A DNA stretch of 63,019 nucleotides, filler included, from Circinaria calcarea (lineage: Eukaryota): NCBI GenBank assembly GCA_051942165.1. It is 11 parts of 11 records of this genome, joined end to end, with 100 filler letters (N's around TTAATTAATTAA, not from the genome) between each part and the next. Parts side by side here need not be neighbours in the genome. Positions count along the whole stretch, not along the records: positions 45,959 to 51,586 come from JAVECS010001842.1; positions 51,687 to 57,303 come from JAVECS010001843.1; positions 57,404 to 63,019 come from JAVECS010001844.1; 8 more parts are not named here. The stretch is one strand, 5' to 3'. This document shows, piece by piece, positions 45,959 to 57,723 of this stretch. The position numbers and the translations under genes are program-made. The notes under the pieces are model-generated. The model saw only the letters and a list, made by a program, of their open reading frames with translations. It was not told the origin of the DNA and ran no database searches. Numbering within the stretch: position 1 is the stretch's first letter; each line of letters begins with the position of its first letter.

Positions 45959-46590
45959 AGTACAATCACGCCGGTATATCGGCTGAATCTACAGGTAGCT
46001 ACTAGCCTTGACATCTGTTTGCGGCCGGGCTAAACTCATCAGATGTTCCCCCGTACGATCAACATCAGCCAAACAGCGCCTATCCCCCACAGTAAGTCCC
46101 CTTCCGAGACCCGTTCTATTTGAAGTGGCTAAGCTATCTCCAGAGCATACCACCAAGAACCCTTCAATGCCCAAACTCCTCCCCCAATGAACGGTCAGGG
46201 TGTGAAGCCGGTCGGAAATCCAAGACAATACCAGACCGCTACTCCTCTCAGAGATCTCGGACCCGGGCCTGCCCCGGTGGATTGTCCTGCTTGTAGAGTG
46301 AGGGCTTTGACGAGGGTTGAGTATGAGTCGGGAAATACAACCCTGTATGTGCCATGTTCCTTCTTGTTGTCCGTCCTTTGGTCCACGTCACTCCTGGGCT
46401 TACCTGTGTATACTGAGATATACTTATCAATAGTGCCTGGGCTGCCGGTCTCTGTGCCGTCAGCTGCCTCGGCTGTATTCCGTTCTGCATGAACTCTACC
46501 AAAAACGTTGTGCATTTCTGCGGTCATGAGGGTACGAGGCTGGCGACTTGGCATCGAAGTGGCGTCACGGAGGTTCATGCTCATGCATGA
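45959..46590 (+). CDS. LITAF/SIMPLE-domain protein, 5'-truncated, multi-exon
   Basis: Pro-rich N-terminus (DVPPY), LRDLGPGPAPVDCPAC, hydrophobic segment WAAGLCAVSCLGCIPF, KNVVHFCGHEGTRLATWHRSG; stop 46588-46590. Confidence 0.8.
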
Positions 46591-48913
46591 TAGCCGATAA
46601 AATGGGCATGGGAGATTGGAGTTGTACCGTTGCTTGATATCTCCCGTTGGTATCCCAGAATCACCGCCGATGGGTAAAGCAATGTTTTTTGAAGGGTATG
46701 TGTAAGAAAAAGTTCTTAAGATGAGGTGGGAGGATGATATTGCTGGACTCTATCTCCTAGCTAGCCTACTAAGCAGAACAACTATTTTGTCGCTACATTG
46801 TAAGATTACTTTCTCCGGAGAGTCAACATGACCAGGATTTTTCCATTATCTTATTCCTTCTTTATCAAGATACATGTCATATTAATAACTAATGTAAGTC
46901 AGTCGCCTGGCATGTCGCGGTGGTGTGAAGCGTATCTCATCACTGATTTACGATAAGAAGACGAGTGCATTGATGGATAGGTTAAGAGAAGTAAAATCTA
47001 CGATTCTTGTTGCTCTACTTCTTATTTCGAGCGTATAATAAGAGGAAATATATCCCAAAAATTGCGCGATCTATATGAAGCCCAGGAATTGCAAGAATAC
47101 ACGGGTTTCTATGAGTATCCCTTCTTCAAAACTTCAATCGAGAGCCTCATAAATTTCTATGATACTGGTGTGGTGGAGCCAAGGCGACCAGTGACTGGGC
47201 GCGCGTATGGAATGGGCAGGCAGGCATGGAGGATTTCTACACACATACACATTCTTTATACACGTATAGCATAGCAGAATAGCAGTCAGAAACGCAGTAC
47301 TGATACCGTCCGATACCTCTCCTATATATGCACTATACTGTAGCAGTCAGTTTGTGCCATATACCCTCTCATTCGTCACTATTCAGGCCCCCGTTACCCA
47401 TTCTCGTCAGCGTCTTTGCCTATACCTTAGGGGCATAGCGGAGCACCCTATATCCTTCACACTGGTTATGTGGCTCCTTATATGTTTAAGTCTACCTAGT
47501 ACGCTGCTATCCTCGGTGTCCTCAAGAATTATTTGATCGAAAACCTTCTGATTATTAAGACCCTTAACACCATGAGCTGATCTTCTGAAAAAGAGTAGGC
47601 CGACGCGTCTTTGCATTTTATTGATATATACTTTTTAAATGTTATTCAAAATTGTTATTCAAAACCCAACGCTAGATAAATCCGTGAGCACTTTTCGATA
47701 AGCATGTCCTTTTAAAGCACCGGGCGGTGGTAGCCGGAAGAACCGAGATGTTGGAGAGCGGAGAAACTATATAAGTTCGTACCTGGTGATATCAAATTAC
47801 GCCTGGTGTCACGTGTGAGGGCATTAGATATCTTCGGCAGGCACATTGTGATAGAAAATCTGGCATCAGTAATGAATCTGAATCTCGCCATGCATTTCAA
47901 CAGTGGTCATGCATTTGGTTAGTGTTTCATTATTTATTTGGGCTATATGGTCACTTGTCGTTGCCCACAGCTTCAGGCCGATCTGCTGGGGTCTGAGGAG
48001 TGGGTTGGTTTTGCAAAACGTGGAAAAGCTTCGCTGACCTAGAAAAAGGGATGTTAATACAATAGTCGCAAGGAGGGCGTCTTAATAGCCGCTGGTGTTA
48101 ATCGGGCTTTACAAACACACAAGGATCAAGGGACCATATATACAGCCGCCGGTTAAAAAACCAAAGCGTCCGAAAGTGAGAAGACCTCTTCCTTATATCT
48201 AGCGCGGCTTTATACTTTCTCCAGCTTGCATCCTGCATTGCCAAGGAGCACTTCTGATACCTGTTGAAGTCTGAAATATAACACTTACCCATGCGGCAAA
48301 GGATATTACAAACTGCGGCGTGGCGAGAATACTCATCACCAGCATATCTCTCCTGAACATTGTGTTAGCTAGCCCATGCCCTAATTGGTTGATGTGAAAA
48401 CAATACTGGAGAAAGATCCACGATAGAAGAATTTCTCTCTGTAAAGACTACTTGAGGAAGATGGCTTGGTATACTAAAAGGTGATAGTACTGAATTTATC
48501 ATCGCCATAGATGATGATGACAGATTGCATATCCTTTTGGGCAACATCTTTTCGTAATAATACATGGTATGGTAACTAACGATAATAGTGGCAAGTTATA
48601 GCTATCCTAGCGGGAGGAGCACTAGTATCAGCAGCGGCCAAAGAGTAAGAGGTAAAATTAATAGCGAATCGGGACATGTAGGTAGTAGGTAAATAACGGC
48701 TCGCCAGAATAATTTATGTGAAGCCTAATGAATCAGCAATGGCAAAGCCCGCCTGGATAATGAAGATATGATGCTGTAATTGTACATGGCTATCGATAGC
48801 AAGGTTTGAATCACATAACAAAGGCAGATGGCAGTGATACTATTGTACCAACCGCAACAGAAAACTCCGAGAAGCTCCTCGAGGAAATTTTGAATCTATT
48901 TTGCGAGGTGTAT

Positions 48914-50280
48914 TTACTGCCACACCAGTCAGCCAACGATGAGTGAAATATTTTATGACTGGGCTCACCAAGAAGTAATCCGCCACAGGCTTTTTGGCTG
49001 GCATGCCTTTGTAATCCTGTGGTGCTGCCTCAAACACCCTGTACCTCCTTCCAGGCCCTGAATTCATCTCCCCGAGAGCTGGCATCACACCCGCACTTCG
49101 ATTGGCATCTCCATTACTTCGCGCTATGATCCCTCCGTTACTTGTGTCCTCTCCAAGTTCAAGAATTGCCGCAACATTTCCGCATCGGTAGCAGTAGTTG
49201 GGAGCCGACCACACAGTCACAATGTTAGAGTCGAACATCTCTTTGAACCCCTCCATCACCAACTGATGTGCTCGGGCGATGAGGGAGAGGTCGTTGACGT
49301 GGTTGAACCTCTTCACGATATCTGCTCCGAAAAGAAAACCAGCACCTCGCGGTGAAAGTCCCCAGCCATCGATTTCGTCAGGGTCACTCCACAGGAGATC
49401 GCACATGGCACCCTCATGAGGTACCTCTTGTTTTCGATCTAGTAATCTTATCTTGTCCACCGTTTCCACCAACGGACTGAGGCCGCCGTGAACGCACAGC
49501 ACAGCGCCTCCGCCACTATCCCGTGACCCACCACTATCTCCCGTCGCACCAGTTCCAGAGGTGCCATTTCTTAACGGTGATGCTGCAGGGGAAGATTGGA
49601 GGTTCTCTCGATCTAGCATTCGCCGCCTTGTACGTGGAAAGCGAGCTGTGACTTCGTTATTGGAATTCATGATCTCAATCTCAATGTCGTCGTCTTCAGC
49701 TTGAGTGGTAGTTTGCGTAGATTGGTCCATAGATGTGGTTGTCGTAGGTTGTAACGAGGCGCTGGTCCCTAGAACTAGTGCCCCTAGAGCAAGGTAGTCG
49801 AAGACGTCGCAGCAATATCTCCATACATTTGCACTTCCATATTTCCGCAAGCATTCGTCGTAGAATCCGTAGACTGTAGTGATCTGTCGCGATTCGTGGT
49901 TGCCTCTGATGAGAGTAATCCGGTCGGGGTACCGCACCTTCAGGCAGAGGAGCAGAAGGAAGCTTTCAAGCGAATAGAATCCCCGATCCACAAAGTCCCC
50001 CATGAAGAGGTAGTTGGTGTCTGGTACATCCCCTCCAACCCGAAATAGCTCCATCAGGTCATGGAATTGACCGTGAATATCCCCGCATATCGTCACCGGA
50101 GCATCCACCTGGACCACGTTCCCCTCTTCGATCAAGAGCTCTCGAGCTTTGTGGCATAGTTCGCGAACTTGCGGTTCGGGTATAGTTCTGCAAGCTCGCA
50201 GTTCGGATATTGCTCTATGAGTCCTGATCAGCGCTTGATCTCGTGCAGATTGGAGAGTTGTACTTGTCGAGATCGCTCAT
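48914..50280 (-). CDS. PPH3: Ser/Thr protein phosphatase 4 catalytic subunit
   Basis: MSDLDK | [55 protein letters not shown]4-type C-terminus KKPVADYFL; final intron 48917-48968 directly before TAA. Confidence 0.9.
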
Positions 50281-50777
50281 TTTTGTCTAGTCTTCTGCAC
50301 CTCAAGAGTCTGGGAGTATCTGTTCATGCAGTGTATCCAACCAACCAAGAGAACTGGGAATACTCCGTGTTCTTATATTGTGACTGGAGCAGCGTAGAGA
50401 CTATCCAATCGGCGATGAAGGGCATTGATGTAGTTGGAGGATATTTAAATGTTGCAACAGATATTTCCTGCGGCAGTGCTTGCTCATCATAGCCCGTCGG
50501 TATATCATAGATCATTCGAGGGGATGTTGATATTCTACAACTAGCGCCTAATTTCGCCGGATCTAGATAAAATCCCCCTTTCGCAAACAACCTTAAGTTG
50601 GTACTGATGTTCAACTATAGCGGAGCTTATGATCCAGCTCTGCTACTGCGCAATATGCTAGGTGAGTTTCCAACATGCGCTATCGTATTGAAGATACTAA
50701 CATACACAGTCTACGCCAACCCCCTTCTCCTCTGTACCCAATAACACTTCCTAACCCTCAAGCCGTCTACCATTATT

Positions 50778-51170
50778 ATGCCTTCGCACCTCCATCCCCG
50801 CTCCCGCTTTACGACATCTCTGTTCGGTACCACACTTCTCGTCTCGTTCCTCGTGGTTGGTATGCCACATATTCTACCATGTCCCGCTCCAAGAGCCGAG
50901 TTTGCAGATGTTGAGATCATGGAAGATGGACGACGGAGGCGGCGGAGAAGGCGCATGAATGGTGATACAAGGGTGGTAGAGTGTGCACAGGACGACTGGA
51001 AGTTGGATGAAGCTACGTTGAGGGAATTGGCCGTGGAGGAAGAGCTGTTTAGAAGGAAGACGCATGAATGTCCAGTACCGAAACCAAAGGTTATCGTTGG
51101 GCGGGTGTTTGGACTTGAGCAGCCTAAGAGGCAAGATAGTGACAACGCTGCGAAACCAAATACAAAATAG
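50778..51170 (+). CDS. COA2: Coa2-like small mitochondrial cytochrome c oxidase assembly protein
   Basis: MPSHLHPRSRFTTSLFGTTLLVSFLVVGMPHILPCPA...HECPVPKP pattern; divergent from PPH3 across about 500 bp. Confidence 0.65.
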   Translation: MPSHLHPRSRFTTSLFGTTLLVSFLVVGMPHILPCPAPRAEFADVEIMEDGRRRRRRRRMNGDTRVVECAQDDWKLDEATLRELAVEEELFRRKTHECPVPKPKVIVGRVFGLEQPKRQDSDNAAKPNTK

Positions 51171-51269
51171 CCATAAAAAGATACAAAAACCCTCATTTTT
51201 GTATTCCACGAATATCTGCCACACATCTTTAAGACGGTAGTTTTTTCTCCCACGTACCCTATTATATCA

Positions 51270-51586
51270 ACCACGCGACCCGCCGCCTTATATTAATCCC
51301 ACGTATTTTTTCCTATATTACCGATGCACCCCTATAATTATTTTAAAACCAAAAGAATTATATTAAAAAAATTCGAATTTAATTATAATTTAATTAAATT
51401 ATTACGGATTAGCTCTAGATTTTTATATATACGGAAATATATCGGCCCGGCGTAATTATTATTATTATTTATTTTATTTAATTCGAATAATATTTAAATT
51501 TAAAATTTATATTAATATTAAATATATATATTAATAATTTTCCATCCGATGAAATCGGAATATATATAATTATAATAAATTAAAAA
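51270..51586. mobile_element. RIP-degraded AT-rich repeat remnant, unclassified
   Basis: Progressive rise in AT toward contig end, TpA-rich, residual G/C mostly in CG dinucleotides. Confidence 0.55.
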
Positions 51587-51686
51587 NNNNNNNNNNNNNN
51601 NNNNNNNNNNNNNNNNNNNNNNNNNNNNNNTTAATTAATTAANNNNNNNNNNNNNNNNNNNNNNNNNNNNNNNNNNNNNNNNNNNN

Positions 51687-52214
51687 CGGAGGATGAGTAC
51701 TTGGGGTACTTGGGGTCTGATGGGGGTTAATGTCTTGCTATTTCTGGTCTTCCAGATTGGGGTTGAGCCTTGGAGAAGGAAGAGGTTGGTTAAGGGGTTC
51801 GAAGAGAAGGTCATGGAAGCTCTAGAAAGGGAGGGCGCCGCAACGACCGCTGCCACCGGCGCTGCTTTGGCAGCTCTACAGGCCAGCCAAAAGTCTTCAC
51901 CCGTGGAACCGATGGAGGAGGAAGTCGCTGAGCCTGTTGTCGTTACATCAGAGGTGATGGCAGCTGTGGATGGGCTTGAACCGGTAACAGATGCTGTTCC
52001 AACATCAATCACCACTTTCAATGAGTCAGAGGAATTCAAGGCGGACAATGCGGTAACCGCAATCCTTTCCGATATCAGACGATACATCGAGGATCTCTTC
52101 AGCGAACAGCAAATACCAATGTCCCGCAAGGATCTTACCACTGCGACCTTGGAAGGGGCCCTATGCGGCATAGCAATAGCTAGTATAATTGCTGCGCTTT
52201 TACGCGGTAGATGA
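51687..52214 (+). CDS. SHE9: Mitochondrial inner-membrane protein She9/Mdm33, 3' part
   Basis: [35 protein letters not shown] signature plus second [17 protein letters not shown]. Confidence 0.9.
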   Translation, partial: RRMSTWGTWGLMGVNVLLFLVFQIGVEPWRRKRLVKGFEEKVMEALEREGAATTAATGAALAALQASQKSSPVEPMEEEVAEPVVVTSEVMAAVDGLEPVTDAVPTSITTFNESEEFKADNAVTAILSDIRRYIEDLFSEQQIPMSRKDLTTATLEGALCGIAIASIIAALLRGR

Positions 52215-52970
52215 AGAATCTCAAAACCCAATCCACGTCAGCGTATCCAGTGCAAGACTTTCCCATTATGATCTGTATCACTCAACATCACTACCTATAG
52301 CAGGCAATCTTAGCTGGCGGGGGCCAGAGCTTTGCAGTCAGGACACGTACTCAGATCTAAGCCTTCGACAGCCAACAATGATGAGGAAAATTTCTAACCA
52401 GGACTAGCTTTCCAGTCAACCCATGAATCTAAGCAACCTTCCAGCAAGGAAGCTTAGAGGTAATCTTGGCTACGTCAAAGCTCGACAGTTCTTCTTGATC
52501 AAGCAATACCTCGGCGGCGGATCCCGCTTGTTCGGCATATCAACTCCACTGGTTGAAGATGTCACCGCCTACGCTAAATGTATTGGAACGAAGAATGTCG
52601 CCCAAACATACTGGTACTGTAACTGGAGCCGGCTGTACACCCTTAGATGCATAGTTTGGCCTATAGGTTGGCAGCGGATATAAATCAGGTAGGCGAGGTA
52701 GGGCGAAGCATCTGCAACTCATAGTTCAGTGAATGCCGTGTCCAAGGCAAGCCAAATATACCAACATTTTGCTCTTCTATTTTCTACTAGTCTACTATCC
52801 TCAAGCATTTCGTTGATGTGACTTGAAGAATTTATTTGAATGAAGCTGAGTTGCAACTTATGCCTTTACTTCCCAGCTAGCCTCTGGGTACTGCACAACT
52901 CATATAACCACAAAGCACGGTGAAATGGCCGATGACATGAGACGAAGCTATGGCAACCCGCAAGAGCAAA

Positions 52971-55900
52971 ATGTCCAACGCAAAAGGGCCTAAGGAATCA
53001 ATCGATATAACCCTCTCACCTCTTGATACCAATGCTCATCGAAAATGAGGTTTTATCCACAAAGTCAGCCTTAGGACCATATACCCATTTCTGGCTAGGC
53101 GGAATGGTCTTGATAACCTTCCTCATTTTCCTAACGAGTATGACCACCGCCTTGGAGATCATGTACCGAATACTCCAGAAAGCACCTTAGTCTCGCCTCG
53201 TTTACTTAGATAAGCATTATCTCTGAACCTATGGACCAACAGCTTGTAAGTTTTCTCCACTAGTTTCGAGCTCGTTGTTGATACTACCTAGTACTAGTAA
53301 TTGTCCTAGCTTTCTGGCGTTAGGTGATCACAGCGTGAAACGCTTAATACTGTAGGCAGAGATGGTAAGACGCCCAACGCCAACGGAGAAGTTACTCCTG
53401 CTCGACTATCATTCTCCGATGCTAGTGATGATGATTCGTGCAGTCGAGTGTCGTCATTTATCGTTATCTGAAGTATATCAGCTTTTCTTGTGACCAAGAT
53501 TATTACCATTGTCTCTACTAGCTAGCTGATCCTGCAGAATTAACTAACTCCAGACAGGTCTGTTCAACTAATAATAAGCAATACATTCTAAGCTGGAAAT
53601 TTCGACAACGGCCGTGCCCTCACTGGTAAACCAAAGTCTACTGTTTATGGCGTACAGAATTACATCTTACCGCATCCTCTCGGCAGGACCAATGAATATG
53701 TTATGCAATCCTTCGAATCCGACCTTTCTCTAGCCATGACTAGTGCTGCTAGATAGGCGGTTTCATGAATTAGTTTACAATAAGCTATCAAAATTTGACA
53801 GATTCCAAGGGTAAGATACAACCCGATATCAATAGCCTCACTGTCTCGTCAGCAAGCTGTCGTGTTCTCGATGCATATAAAGAACCATTTAAGCTTGGAT
53901 CTGTAAAAAGAGGGATCTGCGCGTGCCTTTCCAAGGGATCTGATAATTCAAATCTTTTGTTCATAAGCCTTTGCACCTCTAACTCGTATGCAATTACTGT
54001 TACTACGGTTCAAGCAGCGACGCCCTGTCATTACAAGTGACAAGCACAGTGTGTAAGCCACGGTATGAGATCGAACCGGCGTTGTCAGGAGTTTGAGACA
54101 CTAACCGCAAGACATATCAGTGTCACCACTACCGAAGATTGGTTACCATATTCACACCATCAATCAGGTCACTGCATGGGATATCACTACCAGCATACTC
54201 ATTAACCGACTTTTCTAACAGCGGAGCTCCGACATCGACTGCAGGTTCAGTTGCTTCCAACCTTAATCACTTGCACTTAAACGAACTTCTTCGCCCTAAT
54301 GCTATCTATAAATCAAGCGATATCGATCTCAGCATACTTCAATGCAGAGTTGCTAACCAATTCATCCGGGGAGATATTTAAAACTTGCAAGTCGAGTCGC
54401 TCATCAAAATCTGCTCGTACTTGTCCAGCGTTTGGTAAAGATACTCTGACGGACTGCTTTGAACGTATCGTCGTTGAAGCTACTCCGCTAAGCATGATGC
54501 AAGCTAACCTTGTAACGCTAGCATTGATGACCGTCGTTGTTTGCGTTACCTGCGAAACTGGACGGTATTGCATTGACGGCCCCGCCCTAGCAAGAAGCTC
54601 CCAGGCTCTCAAGCCTCTCCATACTCCGCATGCCGGAATAAAGAAGAATTAAGGTCTGGTCGATTCGGACAACTTCGGCTACGCTCGTATGGTCATATAT
54701 ATCAACTTTCTTGCTCGTCCTTGTGGCAACTCTGTATAACTCTCTGGATATTGAGATCCAGTCAATTTGACCCTTGCGGGCCCTGATGCGCAAGGCTGTG
54801 TTTGCTTTTGTTAGCTTCAATTACGCTCCCATCTCACGCCTCATGCCTCATGCCTCATCCCTCACGCCTCACGCCTCATGCCTCATGCCTCACGCCTCAT
54901 GCCTCATCCCTCACGCCTCATGCATTATGGAATACTTCACGTCTGCGCCAGGTTGCTGTTTGTGTAATGTCATCTCTGTGATTACAGCGCCATTGCTCAC
55001 AATCGTTTTCAGTGGCTCTATACCACTCAGAAGGTGGCCTATGAGCAAGGCGGCTTCCTCCTACTGATCAGTTCAACTAATCGATGTTCCCAATAAGCAT
55101 GCTATAGTTCCCAGAACCACACTCGGTAAAGTTCCTGGTTTGGTTCTGGAGCAGAATCTTACTTCCACAACGGAGATACAACGAAATCGTCCTTCCTCAG
55201 ATGTACACTGTTGATGCCTCGGACAGCAATAGCTTCAATGCAATTTTTGTACGAGCCGAAGTCCCAGCTCTCCGTGGAGAATTCAATTGCAGCATGTATC
55301 TAGTAATTTGGTTGTACAAATAAATCCATCCGATATGATACCAATACGGGTATAACAGGACAATGATGCAAGCCGTAAACCAACTACCGAATGGCTGTAC
55401 TAGTGGTGGTTGGATGCGAAACACCGAGACTGCCATGGTATTCCTTGATGCGCCGACCGGTTCAAGTGTCACAGGCTATCTGGATGCCGTCGATATGCTT
55501 TCTGATACTGAAAAGCACATATGCGAGAATACTGCGCTCATCTACGTGGATACACGTCGAATAATGTAACCGACACATTCTAGATACTCCAATGCAGTCC
55601 TTACACACAGCAGTGACCATCACTATGACCGACAATCCACCCGAATTCACGGCACCCTCGGACCAGCCTCCAGCAATAATGACAACATGGCCAGGTTTCG
55701 ATCTAGTAATGCTTGGGATCCAGAAACCCTTCCTACAATGCAGCTTCCTGACACCGGCGACACGCTCAAACACTTTTTCCAAGTACTGATCTATGGAAGA
55801 GACGGTATTCCCGGCGACGAGCCCGTGCATAACATTACACGGCTAATCGGGGCCTCGAATCAACAGTACGCTGCGCAGGGGCTGAATTTCGCAAACCAGA

Positions 55901-56612
55901 TACCACTCGTTGCCGGGGGCGATGATGGCTCACCTGCCCGTTCCCCTAGCCGAGGTTACAAAAATGCAGCTTCGTTCAGCAACCCGGAGCGCTCACGCCT
56001 TGTCCAACAGCTGATCCCGACACGAATCCTGCAAGGGCTTCTGGGGCTGCTTTTCATCTGCGGCGTAGTAGCCTATGCAGATCTTAGGATCTCAACTAAG
56101 GGGACGAGGAGAATCCTGCCTCAGAATCCAAGCAGCATAGCGGCGTTGGGACATTGCTACTTGGATCCGGAATGTTAGGTATGGCTAGTCCGGGTGGTCT
56201 TTGTGGCCCGGAGGTATTCGACAGGTTTTTGCTCCGTCTGGGAAGGAAGAGATGGGAAGATGTTGGCATCGACATTGACAGAACGGTCGGGGAAGAAAGT
56301 GGTGTTCGGAGGGAACCAATGGAGCAAGAATCGATTATCAACCATGGCGTTGATGATATAGAGGGTGAAGAAAATGACGTTCAAACGGATTCAGCTGAGC
56401 AAGAATCAATTATCGCTCACGAGATTAGTAATATCGAAAAGGAAGAAGGTAGTATCCGGATGGAAACCACTGGTGCAAGAATTAATTACCGGCCACAACA
56501 GCGAAAGTATGGAAAAGGAAAGAAGGCGGTGTTCGGAGGAGTATCAGCGACTAAGGAATCGAAATATCCGTCACGTCACTCACTGTTACAGAGTGGGAAG
56601 TTGAGCACATGA
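52971..56612 (+). pseudogene. Large degraded DUF3433-like membrane-protein pseudogene
   Basis: N-terminal FWLGGMVLITFLIFL..ALEIMY..KHYL*TYGPTA (stop 53224), mid APLLTIVFSG, C-terminal RLVQQLIPTRILQGLL..ILPQNPSSIAALG/LLLGS with frameshift; many stops in between. Confidence 0.65.
54833..54923. repeat. Heptamer tandem repeat CTCA(C/T)(G/C)C x13
   Basis: 13 contiguous 7-bp units of three variants: CTCACGC, CTCATGC, CTCATCC. Confidence 0.95.
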
Positions 56613-57403
56613 GAGTAAAGAGGGGAATATAAAGGCCCCCTTGCGCTTGAGCAGATGAAAACATCCAAATGCTATGACCGTTCAACATTAGTTGAAAGGC
56701 ACCCCCCCTTTGGGGTTCTCCTAAGAACGAAAAGGAGACCCGCTGGTATACGGCAGACCCGTATACGATAGAAACATCATTCCACAATAAAATAATGATC
56801 CACCCTTGACTGCCTATTTCTTTCCAATTTAGAAGGGTTACAGCGTTCCCGGGGGGGGGGGGGGTGTTAATTATTAAAGAGCCCGTGTAACTCACCTATA
56901 TTTCATCAAGCGAGAATTAAGCTATCGTATATATATCTTTCTCCCTACCAAATGGCAAACATTCCTTTGGACCCCCAATTCTTAGCAACGTTTCTTATTC
57001 TAGCCTCTCTAAACCTCGTAGATGGAAAACAAATATAAATTTATAATCTCTCGCGTGTTTCTATAGCAAGTACGTTTGATACCTTCCCCCCCCCCGGGGG
57101 ACTTTGGAAATCCGGACGGATTTCCAAACCTTTGGTCGAAATTGTGTTTTCAAATTATCGAATCGAACAGATCCGCAGCACTGTGTATATTTTGAAAAAG
57201 GTGGGGGGGAATAACAAGCTTAAGGGGTTATGTTGTCTGTCAGTTAGTTATCTAACAGTTATTAAACCCTTTGTTCTTTTTTTCAGCGTAACGGGGGCCA
57301 AGGNNNNNNNNNNNNNNNNNNNNNNNNNNNNNNNNNNNNNNNNNNNNTTAATTAATTAANNNNNNNNNNNNNNNNNNNNNNNNNNNNNNNNNNNNNNNNN
57401 NNN

Positions 57404-57723
57404 ATCATCTGTTGTCCAGTCACCCCCTCCGCTGGGACATTCCCCTGCGTAAACAAACAGATACCACCACTGCCAAAGATGCCAGGCTCGCACACAATCT
57501 GCTCACCGGCGGGATATACATCCTCCGCAGGGATGGGACCGCCGTGGATGAAAAAGGAATCTCCTTGGGAAATGGCTCTGTGGAAGGCCAACATGAGGTT
57601 CCACTTGGGCCATATCTGACTCATAGTGTCGGAGCAAAACGTGGAACCACGGCAATTAATGCCGATTGAAGCAGTAATAGGCAGGAAGATGAAGGCAAGG
57701 GGAAGGCCAATGGAGAGATGCAT
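57404..57723 (-). CDS. Secreted KP4 killer-toxin-like protein, 3'-truncated by contig edge
   Basis: Signal-peptide-like MHLSIGLPLAFIFLPITAS followed by IGINCRGSTFC (KP4 N-terminal LGINCRGSxxC), then QIVC and GGICLFTQ. Confidence 0.85.

Noticed and set aside
5652..57403. Regularly spaced TTAATTAATTAA motif as a biological repeat, and any gene cluster spanning it
   Set aside because: Artificial six-frame-stop linker embedded in Ns; ORFs containing X runs are artefacts.
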